From positions 31,178,839-31,231,523 of the forward strand of contig NC_057718.1 of assembly GCF_004010195.1 (NCBI RefSeq): a stretch of 52,685 nt of DNA. The letters run 5' to 3'. The notes below the pieces were generated by a model. It ran no database searches. It saw only the letters and a list, made by a program, of their open reading frames with translations, and was not told the DNA's origin. Source of the DNA: Chiloscyllium plagiosum (lineage: Eukaryota). Position numbers and translations under genes: made by a program. Of the stretch, positions 11,555-25,100 are shown in pieces; position 1 is the stretch's first letter; each line of letters starts with the position of its first letter.

Positions 11555-12455
11555 CATTTTTTTGTTCCAACAACAAACCTTCATTAAATTTATAAAAACA
11601 CATAAAAATAGTTCAAAGTTGACTTTACATAATGTACAAATGAGTTCTGTTTCCTTCAGTACAATGGTGGAGTCTAATGACAGTTTTGATACCGGCCACT
11701 GCCTGGAGACTTGTTGGGAGCCCTGCAGGACATCCATCCACACCTTCTGCCCAAACACACAGTCACCCCTCCCCCTGCATTCAAAGTTCTGGATGGGGCG
11801 AGTGGTCATTAAATGCTGCCCAATGTGTGGCATTCTGAGGTGCCTCAATTTTAAAGATAATCAGTGATTATCTTTATAATATTTGTTCATTATCAAACAT
11901 GCAGCCCTGGGATTTTACATCTTTTTAAACCTGTCAGTATCCTAAAGCTGGGTGGTCTTAGTGATCATTTCTCATTCTGTCATTGCTGCAACTGCCCCAA
12001 GCATAGTGCATCCATTGGCATGCAACCTTGGGTGATAGAATGTACTATTCTTCAACACTTGGTTTTTGATAGCCCTTTGTGCTGGACCAGTAAATTTTGG
12101 GCAAACTAAGGACCATTATTTTCCAGGTTCACTGTCATGTGGGAGTTATTGATGTTTATTTTGGAATGCATCTCTGGGAACAACATGTAGAGTTCTGACA
12201 CTTGCACTACAGAGCTACTTGGAATGAAGTTCAATAAAACCAATGCATCTTTTTCCAGACTTACTTTATAAAGACACGTTGTAGACAAAGTAGATTATAA
12301 CCTCCAGTGGCTGCCAAAAAACTGAGGAAGGATCTGATTGGGAAGGCCATTTTCATCAAATTTATCTTGATGTTTGTTTGAAAGTTCTGGTGATGAGGCA
12401 TTCTGTCAAATTGACAATGTGCTCAGGAAGCATCTGACAGCATCAAAGATTCTGC
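11555..12455 (-). mobile_element. L1-Tx1 clade LINE 3' fragment with A-tail
   Basis: T-run at 11557-11563 is the reverse A tail; - strand FIPSSSV.Q..LYMLFPE.H...IN...TVN resembles a Tx1 ORF2 C-terminus; inserted in the Deu-SINE. Confidence 0.7.
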
Positions 12456-12603
12456 ATGCCATGGGATCTTTTGCATTCACCTGAGGAGATGGACAGGGCC
12501 TTGGCTCAATGTTTCAAAACACCACCCTCTTAGTACAGCCATGGTTTTTGCACTGAACTCATAGGATGGGGTTCTGAAATCCCAGTCTTGTGACTTAGGT
12601 GAG

Positions 12604-13236
12604 TGTTATAGACCAGACCAAACCCCCTCAAAATATATTAAGAAGATAGCCTAGACCTTAATGTTTTCTTATTTTAAAGGTAAGTGTCAGGTGTTGCATT
12701 TCAGAAGCAATTCAATTGGTTAAGCTACTTGATTTTAAGCAAAACACTTTATTTTTACACTACAGTTAAAATACAGACAAAATAAAAGTAAAAGAATTGG
12801 CTTAACTGTAACACGATTTGAAATGTTTAACAAAATAATATATAGATTAACTACTGCTAATTAACCATTCCGATATTATAATATCCCATAAACAAACCCT
12901 TCACAAAGACAAATTCAGTAAAATATATTATCTCACATGCAATTCTAGCAGCAATAAGAGAACTCCAGCTTTTAGCTGTAACAGAGGAAGGATTAAGAGC
13001 TTCCACTTCGAGCCTCGAGACCCTAGCAACTGCAGAAAGCTAAAATTAAAAATCATGTTTTTGTGGGAGCTTGACCCAACCCATTCAGACTGCTATTGTT
13101 CCTACTTTCTAAAAAGACTTAAGGCTCCCCAAGCTGTTAATTTGGCTTTGAGCAGACCACTTGGAACCTCTGTCTTAGCGTTTCTTCATAAAAAGCCAGG
13201 AGAAAATGCACCTCTTAAAGCCATAGTATCTTCACA
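12604..13236. mobile_element. Solo LTR (probably Ty3/Gypsy)
   Basis: Begins TGT, ends ACA, 633 bp, flanked by 4-bp TSD tgag (12600-12603/13237-13240), interrupts the SINE head. Confidence 0.75.
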
Positions 13237-15409
13237 TGAGCCATATCTGATAGTGGAAACAACTCAGAATACTGACTTTATTCCAGTAATTCTCAGGGTG
13301 AAATTGTATTGGGGCTTGAACAGTGTGGGCTTGGTGAGAAATCTGGGAAAATTGCTTGAGAAGTCAGGTGAGCCTTTCTCAATGTTGGGAACAATTCATG
13401 CATTTTCAAGTAGTGTTCTGGGTATCGAGACAAGATTCTCACCAGGTCTCAGTGAGGTGCCTATTAAGGAATTATTGCATGTCACTAGCCTCATTAACAA
13501 TGAAACTCACCTCATTAATATCAGCTCCTATTCTACCCTGCACCACAAGGGAATAGATATTAACTATTCCAAACATGAAAGTCAGAATGGGTGCCTGGTG
13601 GCTTCAGCTCACCACTTGCTTCTCCAGGCTACCATTTTGATCACCCAGTAGTAACGTTTCAGGACACAGTCCAGGCTACCTGCTGCATGCATCCCATGTC
13701 TACGGACCTTGCCATTCTGCAACCTTCAGTGTCTCAGAAACCTCAAGACCCTCTCCAGTCCACCTGCAGGACCCCTCTGCACTTTAAAGCTGCATTTTGG
13801 AATGCATTAGGACCTACTGCTGTCTCACTAGGACACAAGGGACATGGAGGGACACGAACCTAGCAGAGACATGGACTAAGCTGCATCTCGGGCTGTTTGT
13901 TCACTCTGTAAATGCTCACTAATTTGGTACCAACCTGGATGTTCACTGCATCCTTCCTTCCAAAGCTGGGCACTAGTCATGCCTCTCAGTGCTCCTCAGT
14001 CAAAGGGGTGTGGACATCTTTCTGTACAGATCATCGCTACTTTGATTTAACACCTACACCATGTGCCAGCAGCTTATGCAGCAAGCACCCTGTGTGTGCT
14101 GCCAACTAATGGCCATGATTCAGAGACTAAAATGAGTGGTCTTCAGTCAATTAGGGGTTACAGCACTGTAGGTCTAGGGCATTCTCTGAGATTACTCCAT
14201 GGACTTGGCTGCAGTCATGCATCCAGTCGGGGATGTCTTGATTAGGGGTCCATGTCTATGCATTCCAAGCAGTTGGTCATAGTCTGTAGCTCCTTAGCAG
14301 CCATTCTGGAGGTTAGCACAACACCCCTCTGAGATCTTCAGGCATATATCAGAGGTATAGGCACTTCATGCCTGAGGCTGGCAATGTTAGATCAACCAAA
14401 AAGATGAGCATGGTCAGTCCATTGGATCTGTCAATAAAGATAAAAAGTGTCTAAGCAACTGCTGTGGGATGGAGACAGCAGGTTAAATGACACTTAAGAA
14501 AGGGGCAGCAGTATTTTTAAGGAGTAGATGTGATAAATGGGATCATGTGGGAGTGTTGTTCATCCATGCTAAGGTGCACCTTAGCTTCCGAGGGGACACA
14601 GGGCATGACACGCTTGGCATTGTATGCCAGAGGCAGTGGGGGTTAATTGTGGGCCAATGCAGGCTTATATAGATAGGTTGGATAGAGTTAATGGGGAATG
14701 CTGCCCCAGGAGGGGGTTTGGGGCCTCACTGACATGGAAAGTTGGAGCCCAGAAATTACTTTCTGAGGAGTGTTTGCTATAGTCATCCATTATCCTGGAA
14801 ATTGCAACTGTGCAATGGGAAGGAAAATGGCTGTGACTACACTGAAAGTAGACGGGTTAAATGTCTTGGCCTGTCAGAGAAGTGACTGCAAAACCAAGCA
14901 ATGTTAGCCCTTCAAAGGCCAATAACACTATATAGACCCATTCATTGCATAGGACTTAACAGCTGCAGGCTCCAAATTCCCTGGCATCTCTTATGCATTG
15001 CCTCATTGTTTGCTATACACCTGCCAAACCCCAAACAATGCTGAATACTGCATACAAGATCAATACCTTTGCAAATGATTCCAAACTAGTGTCTGTGGAG
15101 CTTGAGCAATGGTACGTTATTGCAGGACTCCCTTCTCAATCCAATGAAGACATTTCCTAATTATGACACAGCAGCTTCTTGAGTCAACCATTGCTCCATG
15201 GAGCAACATGCATGTGAACTGATATCTGACTTCACAGTGTGGCAGTTACAGTCACAGAGATATGAGCAAATGGATTTAATGGCATGGTGAGTATGCTTAA
15301 ACAAACTTTACTTACAGTAAAATGTTATCTCTGCGATTAATGTGCCTTTATGTGTTTTTTTCCTTTTCCTCCCACTTTATTTCAGTGCAGTTCCAAGGCC
15401 TGCGTCTAA

Positions 15410-15540
15410 GGGCGGCACAGTGGCTCAGTGGTTAGCACTGATGCCTCACAGTGCCAGCAACCTGGGTTTGATTCCTGCCTCGGGCGATTACTTGTGGGGA
15501 GTTTGTACATTCTCCCCGTGTCTGCGTGGATTTCCTCTGG
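15410..15540 (+). mobile_element. HE1 SINE 5' fragment
   Basis: gggcggcacagtggctcagtggttagcactg..gagtttgtacattctccccgtgtctgcgtggatttcctctgg collinear with 1257-1390. Confidence 0.9.
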
Positions 15541-15689
15541 CATGCACTTAACCGCCAAAACAGTGGACATCCTGGTCGACCTGGGAGGGTAGGTGAGATG
15601 GCTAAGGGTTAGAAGTGGTAAGCAATAAACACTGACAGAGGTGTTATTGTGAGAGTTGCACTGGTATGCAGGATGGTATTTACACAGTT

Positions 15690-16195
15690 GGTGCAATGAG
15701 GACATCTCGGCATCCCCACTAGAATAGTCTTGGTGTTCTCCTGCGAGTGCCAGGGTTCCCTCCTTGTGGGCAGTGAGGAACCTAGAATCAGACACTCCAT
15801 CACATATTCAAGCCTTTTCTGCACCTGGCATGTGAAAAATGGAAATATTGAGTGAGGTGGAAGGGAGTGGGATAGGTGTTAGTGCTGATGCAACTGGGGG
15901 AAAGAGGCATTGATGTGTCTTGAGTAGACAACACAAAGGGGCCTGCAGGGTTGGTAATTTGAGGTTTTGCACTGGGTGAGAATCAGTGAGGGAAGGTCTT
16001 TCAATCAACGGTGAGAGTGGTTAAGCATTAGTTTTGGTGGGAGGTGTGTGCAGTAACAGAGATAATGTGTCAAAAAGAGAGAAGAGTGTGGCTCTTGCTT
16101 TGGCAGATCAGTCATTCAACCCCTCTTTGTACTGCAGGTTGTGGAGGTACCACTCACCCTGGTGGCAACCTTGGACCAAGCTTGAATTGGAAGTG
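15690..16195 (-). pseudogene. Relic of Myb/SANT-like (PIF/Harbinger accessory) gene; the transposon may extend over ~13295-16200
   Basis: - strand QAWSKVATRVS..T..(QYKEGLND), then after an intron-like stretch EKA*..GVSDSRFLTAHKEGTLALAGE; resembles the W.EVA..V...RT..QC.K..ND / TGGG.P....LT..EE motifs. Confidence 0.5.
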
Positions 16196-16224
16196 GTACA
16201 ATAAAGATTACTAAATTAGATCCA

Positions 16225-16650
16225 AGATGAGAGGATTCTCTTGTGATGATCCCTCATATTGAATGTCTATTCTCTGGCATTTAGAAGAATGAGAGGTAAT
16301 CATCAAAATGTATGAGATACTGAATGGCCTTAAATGATTGGATAAGAGGTTGTTTCCACTAGCTGGGGATCTAAAATATAGGGACACAGTTTCAGGATAA
16401 CGAATGAATCACATAAGACTGAGATGAGCAGAAATTACATCACTGTAAAGTTGTAAATGTATGGCACCCACACAAAGGTATTAATGCTCTGTTCATGGAT
16501 ATATTTAATGCTTGGAAAGGGAGACTTTTGCTATTGCACTGAATCAAGCGATGTGGTAATTGTTTAGGAAGAAGGAGTGTAGGACCGAAATCATCCATAA
16601 TCATATTAAATAGTAGAGCCTGATGGCCTATTCCGATATCTTGTGTTCTT
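16225..16650 (+). mobile_element. CR1 LINE 3' end
   Basis: tattctctggcatttagaagaatgagaggt..gggacacagt..agactgagatgag..gatggcctattcc..tgtgttct. Confidence 0.82.
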
Positions 16651-17288
16651 GTAATGCATAGTATTTCAGTATTGCGGAGGTGGCAGGAGTATACTGTTGA
16701 AATAGTGGTATGAATTTCTTGGAACCTCTTTAGATTCAAAATTAATGAGTAACAAAAAAAGTCTTCAAATTAAAGCAGGTTGTAATTCCAATTAATTACA
16801 TGTCTTTTCTAATCTTTGTTACAATCCCTGTAGAATCCAAAATTTTTTCAAAGGAAATTTGAACTTCCTGTTAATAGCTGAAAAGATGACATATTTAAAA
16901 TTCATATTTTTAAACTTTTTTGACAAATGACTGAAGGCATTATAACATGGGCATTATTTTCTTTTTGAAAACAGTGTTAAACAATAAAGAACAATGCTCT
17001 CCTTTTGTGCTCATCATATATTACACTATCCTCAGAATTACACTCCTTGTAGCAAGCAGTTCATAGCTGCTTCCACCTTCCAATGGGCTCTTGCATACCT
17101 CTTTCACCAAGTGATAAATTCAAGTGAGAGTATTGCCAGACACTTTTATCAGTTTGTGGAGATTTTCTTAAAATTTTGGCAAAAATTATTCTAATCATTT
17201 TTCTACTCCATTGCCATGCCAGGATGAATCTTCCATAATTATTAGATGGGGTCCAGAATGCAGCTTTTTGTCTCTCTCCCGTATCTAG

Positions 17289-17466
17289 GAGAAATTGAGG
17301 ACTGCAGATGCTGGAGCTTAGAGTCAAGAGTGTAGTGCTGGTCAGGCAGCATCCGAGGAGCAGGAGAATCGACATTTTGGGCTTAAGCCCTTCATGATGC
17401 CCTGATGAAGCCTTGATGAAGGGCTTATGCCTGAAACATTGATTCTCCTGCTCCTCGGGTGCTGCC
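17289..17466. mobile_element. Fold-back PLE pLTR mini-element (family A) with hammerhead relics on both strands
   Basis: Arms ggcagcatccgaggagcaggagaatc..gcccttcat / atgaagggc..gattctcctgctcctcgggtgctgcc; TSD tctctctccc(g/a)ta(t/a)ctag 17271-17288/17467-17484. Confidence 0.85.
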
Positions 17467-17894
17467 TCTCTCTCCCATAACTAGCTGCTATGACCACACC
17501 GAACCTTTGCTGTTTGATTGTAATATTCATTAACTTGTGGAGGAACGTACTAGTCTCAAAAATAGTTTGTTTCCTCTGCCGTCTTCCCTTTCTCACTGTG
17601 AGGTACGGTAGACTTCCAAATGGAAGTGCTGATTTGCCATCCTTAATCCCCACACCCCATTCATATAGTAAGTAGACGTGGTAAGTTTACAGTACAACTG
17701 TTCAGAACCCGGTACCAACAATACCTTTCTGTGACTTTGAAGATTCAACAGCCTCCTCATGTAAAGTCAGAAACTGCTGTCACTGCCTCGAATTGTATGT
17801 AATATGCATCTCCTCTTCAGTAAAACAATCTGAGCCTCCCTTTGATCTCTAACAATCAAACCATTCAGGCTTACATCCTGACAGACTGCTGAAC

Positions 17895-17908
17895 AGGTCA
17901 CGTGACCT
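17895..17908. promoter_or_regulatory. Extended palindromic E-box (GTCACGTGAC; USF/MiT-TFE CLEAR-type)
   Basis: Perfect 14-bp palindrome AGGTCACGTGACCT with intact CpG in CpG-poor unique sequence. Confidence 0.4.
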
Positions 17909-18164
17909 CCCTCAATTATCCCAACTTTAAAAGAGTCCCGAAGCATGCTAATCTTATAAACCTCATATTTGTCACAGTTTGAGCAAAGGTGAAGCAAATT
18001 TCATCAGATTAACATTCCTTTCAATTGACATTTCATAAAGATGTTGAATATTTTAATCTGAACATAAATGAAGTGTGATAAACCTCCAGTTTTTAGTGAA
18101 TGATATTCTTCACAATATTTTATGTGGACCATCCAATTCATATTATTTACACAACTGTTTCTTT

Positions 18165-18830
18165 TATTTTAATTCATATGTGAGCTGTGGGCATTGTTGG
18201 CTGGGCTACATTTATTGCCCATCCCTAATTGCCCTTGATAAGGTAGTGGTGAACTGCCTTCTTGAACTGCTGCAGTCTACTTGCTGTAGGTAAACTTACA
18301 AAGCCAGTAGGGACGGAATTCCAAGATTTTAACCCAGCGATAATGAAAGAATCATGTAATGTTTCCAAGCCAGGATGTTGAGTAGCTTGTAGTGAAACTT
18401 GCAGTTGGTGGTGTTCCCATGTATCAGATGCCCTAGTTCTTCTAGATGGAAGTGATGTGGATTTGGAAGGTGCTGTCTAAGGATCTCTGGTGAATTTATG
18501 GAATACATGTTGCTAATACTGATAGCTGATTGTGGAGGAAGTGGATGCTTGTGGGAATGGTGCCAGTCAAGTGACTTGTTTTGTCCTGAAAGGTGTCAAG
18601 CTTCTTGAGTATTGTTGGAGCTGCACTCATCCAGGCAAGTGGGGACTATTTCATCACATTCCTGACTTGTGCCTTGTAGATTGGGAAGTCAGGAGGCAAA
18701 TTACTTGTTGCATTATTTCTAACTTCCGACCTTTTTAGCACATGAGATTTATATGGGGAGTCCAGTTGACTTTCTGGTGAATGATAACCCCCATGATGTT
18801 GATAGTTGTGGGAATTCAGTGATTCTGCTG
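18165..18830 (-). mobile_element. Non-LTR LINE 3' fragment (RTE-X/Zenon-like)
   Basis: catttattgcccatccctaattgccctt is the reverse of the family 3' tail; collinear with 43345-44035. Confidence 0.8.
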
Positions 18831-21744
18831 CAGTTTCAAGGTTAATGTCGTCTTCATAGTAACATGAATGAATAAAAAGACCATAATTAAATTCCCAAAA
18901 AAACTTGTTTTATTGATGTTTGTACATATTTTTAAATATTAATTTTCAGTAAGTTCCAATCAGCAACACATGGGGATGAATGTTGTGATCTGGGGATCCT
19001 GAGGATCCTGAGACCAACCATGTTTTCAGAGTACCTTCTATGCAACAATCTCGTGGCCACCCTCTAAATTGACTGGGTTCCCAAAGCTGTAGACCCAGTC
19101 AGAAGAACCATAGTGATGTGTCCCACTTTGAGAATTGGGTATGGCTGAGACAGGCAAGGAACCATTAAGGTGCCCTGAACAGGCTGCATGGAATGGTTTG
19201 AAGCCAGTAGGGTCATTTAGGCTGAGGGATAAATTCTCTAAACACAAAAGCAGACACAGCTTTGACTTTTCATCACTTGATTCCTGTCTTTGGGGAATGG
19301 AATCTCTGGATTAGATAGTTCCTTAGCTTGCCACTACACGAACCCCTCGATTGAGGTTGCGGTCTTTACACATGGCTGGGGCTGCCCCAATGGAGTCAAA
19401 ATATTGCTCCCATGGTAAATAGATCCAAACTGGATCCTTAAGCACACCTCCATGAATTAAGTAGCCCATCCTATTTCTCTCTAGAAGAGTGCTTCAGAGT
19501 AAGATATACGCCAGGGGCAGATCCGCCAATCCTTCCAATCATAATGTGGGCTTTCTTGCTTCCCACCTTGTCTCTAAGGTTGACACAATTAATGTCTGTC
19601 GTATCTCTCAATCATAGACAGTAAGTGAAGTCAATAAATCAATGTTGCTAGATTACCAGTGCCATGAAGTCAAAGTGGCAGTGGCATGCAAACTGGCATT
19701 AATTCTCATAAAATCAGTATCTTTTATGTTAGTTGTAGAAGAGCATTAGTCACCATCTTGTAATTCTTTTTGGTGGGACTAATTGTGAAGTAATGCAAAA
19801 ATCCCAGAACAATATCAAATAATTGAAGTGCATTGTATACTATATGATTTCCAATTCCTTCTATAGCATTTAAGGTCTTTTACCCCTCAGATGAGCCATT
19901 GTAAGAGTCATATATGTTCTTGTCAGCTGGTCTTCTGTGTATCTACCTTTGTGCTGTCCAGGAAATTCTGTGACCATCTAATATTGTACTGGACTGAACT
20001 GGTGAGCTGCAGAAAAACATTTGTTCATGTTGTGCAACTAGACAGCTGCTTAGCTCAAAATGGAATGGGCCTCCCACTGGTAGAATTGGGCAAGGGATCT
20101 ATATGCTCTTCTGGCCTGACACCTGACAGTTAAAATCTACCCTCACTATTTTTTCATCTATTAACATAATGGATAGTGAATGTTTAGAGCTGGAGGCAAA
20201 GCTTTTTGCTACAGAAAAGTAGATTTAGTTTTTCTTAATGTGTTTTCATTTCAGAATAATGGAACTAAATACTAAAAAAATTATTAAAATGTTAAGTTAC
20301 TAGCTTAAAAATTGAGTTATATAGTCAAGCCTGGCATAGTGATTGGCCAAGGCAGAAAGATCGCATTTCTGTTATTTATAAGCTGTGCAGGGTCTTTTGA
20401 AAATTTTATTCTAGCTGTTTAAATCCATATATTTTCAACTAGCTCTGGTTTGCAACTAGATTATTGCAACTTATTAAAATGTTAAGGACATATAATAAAT
20501 ACCAGATCATAAATTTTTGTGCAATTTACTGTGGTAAAAGTGGCACTACTGCAGGTCAGGTCATGTAATCGAATATAGCTTCAAGTCTTCTGTTGTAAAA
20601 TGATATCCTTTGTCTTACATCAAATGGCACTTTCAAACTTAAACAACATCAGAAATGCTCCACATCAAATAAACTGGCCACCATAGTAGCAAGGAAAAGT
20701 ATTTGAAATTAAAATTCTCTATCTGGTACATATTATCTGTGATAACAGATACCTATAAGTGAATTTAATGACAATAATCCAATATCAGAGCTTCTTACAA
20801 TGAACATAAACCACTCAAGTTTTATTGTTGTGGTTTATTAAAAGATCTGACCCTCAAGATTAAGTTACACTCTACAAGTTTTATACAGTTATTTATTTCT
20901 GTGTGTCAACTTGTTTTAGTTGTTAGGATTTTTCCATTTGAATCAAAAGGCTGCAAGTTAAAATTCCACTCTATGATTTAAGCAGGTTAAAATATTTTTG
21001 TATTACTAGGAAGTGTTGTATTACCTAAGATGTTGTTCATCTAAAAAGATATTGAACTAAAGCTTGTCTTGCTTGTTCTTGTAGCTCATCTGAATGTCAA
21101 AAATTCCATAGAGGTACCTAAAGCTGAGTGGGGAATTCTTTTTATGTCTTGGCCAACAACCCACTAATACACAAAGAGCCAATTGATTATTTATTTCATT
21201 TTACTAAAGGTGCTTTATGTCTTATCACAATGAGCAAAATGGTTGCTTCATTTGGCCAGTCTCTATTCATTAAAATAATGTTCAGGAAATCACTGTATTC
21301 CCAAGGTAGGCTCTAACTGAGATTAAATCATGGAATCACAATCACATAAAGTTCAGCTTGATCAATGAAGTTGAAGAACAGTTTAATATTGTCCTTAACA
21401 ACGGTTTGATTTTTTTTCATTCCTAAGCAAAAATCTTTTGCTGCTCATAGCTACTCCTGCCAGGAAATCTGTTGTAATGGTACGCCACACTCAGCTGCCT
21501 TGCACAATTCTCACATAACCATTGTAGCTGATCTGCAACCAATCTGTGAAATCAGTCATCTAACCATGCCTAGGTTAACCAGTCTTTCTGCTGCCCTTCA
21601 CATTGCCTTCTAGAAGAGATCTCTGGAGCTCTTCAGCCCTGATCAAATGGCTGAAATATTAACTTTTTCTTTTCTGGATGCCACTTTTGAGATTCCCTTG
21701 CAACTTCAAGTACCCCTTTGTTTGTTTTATGGTTTATAAAAGTA

Positions 21745-22190
21745 TAAGAAATAGGCTCAGGAGAAGACCATTCAGCCCCTTGAGCCTGCTCCACTCTTCA
21801 ATAGAATCATGCCGATCTGACATTCCTCATGTCCATTTTCCAGCATTTTCGCCATCATCCTTGATTCTCCATTGATGACGAATGTATCTATCTCAGCCTG
21901 AAGCATACACAAGGACTCTTCCCCCAGAGACCTTTGTAGCAAGAAGTTCCAAGACTTTGCATCCTCTGCGAGAAGAAATTCCTCCTCATCTCAGCCTTAC
22001 ATTGGCACTCCTTTATTCTGAGGCTACGCCCTCTGGTCCTATATTCTCCTATGCACTTATCATTCACCCGGTCAAGCCCCTTAAGAATCCTATATGCTTA
22101 AGTTAGATCACCTGTCATTCTTCTAAACTTCACTTGTTTAGTCTTTGCTTATAAGACAGTGCCTCCATACGGGGGATCATCCCAAGAATC
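21745..22190 (-). mobile_element. CR1 LINE 3' end
   Basis: gaccattcagccccttgagcctgctcc..gagaagaaattcctcctcatctcag..tcattcttctaaact are reverse CR1 3' motifs. Confidence 0.85.
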
Positions 22191-25100
22191 CACTCTGTTA
22201 ATCTAAAAAATGTATGTTCTTAGATTACTCAGAGCTGAATAAGCATGATAGTCTGAGTTAATATTTAAATAAAAAATAATTTATTTTGTAAAAGCAAGAA
22301 ATGTAGCAACATTAACTGGTTATGATCTCATTGTCACAGTGGAATAGATTTTTTTTTGGATCTGAAATTACTGATATGACAAAGGAATATGTTCAAGATT
22401 CTTTATTTGAAAATTGCTAATGTTGCATTGCTGAAAGCCCTGTGGGATTGTTAAAATTAACAAACTATTACATTAACTAAAAATGCCTGATATAAAATTC
22501 AGTAGTGATTGAGTTATTTTGATAATAAAAGTTAAGCTTATGGTAAGAAATTAGTATCTTGAGTCATTTTGAGAAATGTACTGGACGAAATAACTCTTTT
22601 TACATGCAGTTGCAAGAGTAATGAAAATCCCTTATGTATTTGTTTTGTGTCAATGAATTTGAAATGTGTCAGTCCTGAAAGCATAAAGCCCATGATCCAC
22701 CCACTGGTGAACTCTGATACTGACTGCACTAAGATTTGTGGCTAGAGATGGTTTAGGTATTTTCAAGTCAGGTAGTTCCCCATGCGACTAAAGTGGAGGG
22801 TGTTTGATGAAGAGACAACCTCATAGTCAGTTTTGAGTATAAATCCCAACATGTGAAATTGTGATGGTGGAATTTAAACTCATATGTATTAATCCAGTAA
22901 CATAATCATCTAACCACCATATCCTTAGCTAAATCATAGGGCAACACTTACAAGGAGCAATATAAGCTATGAAAATGCTATGCATGTGAGTTTGGACAGT
23001 AAATGTGGATTTATAAAATTCTTTGGAGCAGCAAAGCGTGCTTGTTTGTTTATAGTTTTTCTGTTTCAACCTGTAGGCCAAGATTTGGGTATTATATTCC
23101 ACATAGCCATCAAATAAGTGAAATGAGGAAAGCTCTAATCCACTTAATCAGCTATTGGTGCATGGATAGCCTTGGGTTTCCCTGAAGCAATCCTTCCATT
23201 CTGTGTTGCATTTCACAGAAAGACGACACATGATTATCCAAAAATGAAAAGATGTCAAGAGTGACTAAGAAACTAGAAACCTGCACAATGTTGTGATGGA
23301 GAATGCACACTATATCAGCATTGAAATAAAAAAAAAAATTTTGATTGTGTAGCATTGACTTAACCTTTCTAACACATGATCTTATTAGATTAGTACTTGT
23401 ATTTCAAATTTTCAATGCAGCACTTTTATCTTGCTGCTATAACACACTATTTCTGGTGGTGCAAATCTGAACACTGATGGCAATTTTCAATCTATACCTA
23501 TGGGGAACACCTATTATTCATAGAAAAATCTAGACAAATTGATTTTCTCAGAAGTAATTGCTATTTTGATGGAGTTATATTGTATAGTTTATGTCATCAC
23601 AAAGTAGTTTCAATTTTCCATCAATGCAAACTATATGGTATAAGTTGGGGAATGAAGTCAGCTAGATTGGACTCAAAGCAAGGTGATATGAGACCACTTC
23701 AAGGAGGTAATTTCACACCATTTCAAAACACCATTTGCACCAGCTGCTATATAGCTGCAAAACAAAGGAAGCTTTCTTAGAGGTCAGATAGACCACCTAA
23801 CAAATGTAAAATTTCATTTCTTAGGCTGTTTAAGGCTGCCAATGGACTAATTTCAAACCAATCTTAATTAATTGGTCAGGAAGATATCATAAATAACCAT
23901 TTTTTAAAATTTCTGTACTTATCTACTTTATTGCTGCTGACAGAGTGAACTGGCCAAAGGTAATGGAATCTGCTATAGAACTTACAAAATCGATGTCAAT
24001 GGGGCTGGTCTGGTTAGAGACTAGCTCATTGAAATTTAACAGATTGAACAAAGATAGAAAACAAAGTTGGCTTACGTTGGTCTGTCAAAAAAATGATGCA
24101 ATTGGCAAGTATGTAAATTAAGATTGGCAGCAAGGGAATTCCTTGGCCCTAAATCACCCAAACCATCTTTTCCACTGAAATAATGGTAAACAGGGCCGGC
24201 AAAGTATCTGATAAGTCCAGATGCCATGATCATCAGCGAATAAATGGCATTTGATGTGTGTTATACAGCTATCCACTGTAAAACCACTCAACCTTTCATG
24301 TGGGCTTGTGGGTATCTAATGGGAAAGTATTGCAATTTCACAGCATTTATGTATTTGGTTGCTAAATCTCTCAATGAGGTATTGGTATCACAAACCTTAT
24401 GAAGAAGGACAAATCATGTGATAATTTTGTTTTCTAATCTATGCACACATGGATGTTAGATATTGCTGTCTGATTTACTTGTTAGTAATGACAACTACTT
24501 TTATGAAGGAACTTATTTCATTGATTTTTTTTAGTGGACTTGTGTTTAAAGATTTGTGAACAATTGTTCATTTGAAAGAGTGTGAAGATGTGGACTTTTA
24601 AAATGTCACTATAAGCACAGTTCAGATATTTATTTTAAAGACACTGGAATTCATATGTTTTAAGCTAATGCTTGGATTTCTCTGCTGGAAGTCACATGTA
24701 TGATCTTATGGCTGTTAGGAGTTGTATTTATTTGATAGTGTTTGGAGTTCAGGTGATGTGTAGCTTGCTGGCAGCAGTCAACCAGCGCATTTCCTCTTAC
24801 TGTTCTACATTATCAGCAACCATACCATGTCATGGCACACCTCTTGCTCAAGAGAAGGTGAGAGACAAGGTGAAGGGAAACTGGGAGAAGAGAAATAGGA
24901 CAAAGAGAGGGAGAGAGAGAGTTAGTTCTCACTTGAGAACTGAAAAGAATAATAATATCTTTCCTAGAGGAACCGACTAGTCAGAAAATATTTGCCACAG
25001 TAATGGCATCCCTTACACCCCAGGCACCTTCAAAATATTTCTGTACGTCTGGTCAAGCATTGGTAATCCACTCCTTGGACTGTAGTCAGACTTGTACTCT

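Larger units (their letters stand above)
11290..13250 (-). mobile_element. Deu-domain SINE (SacSINE1/AmnSINE-like) split into pieces 11290-11552, 12457-12603 and 13237-13250
   Basis: ctttacagccaagaaagtaattttgaa..gtgatgttgatt..tcttcaaaat | gccatgggatcttttgcattcacctgag..tgacttaggtgag | tgagccatatctga are collinear parts of one SINE. Confidence 0.65.

Noticed and set aside
13055..13651. 198-aa ORF
   Set aside because: Runs across a solo LTR end, a SINE remnant and unrelated sequence; no recognisable domain
20880..21090. Possible very old Deu-SINE remnant (also ~8900-9060)
   Set aside because: Too diverged to support by eye
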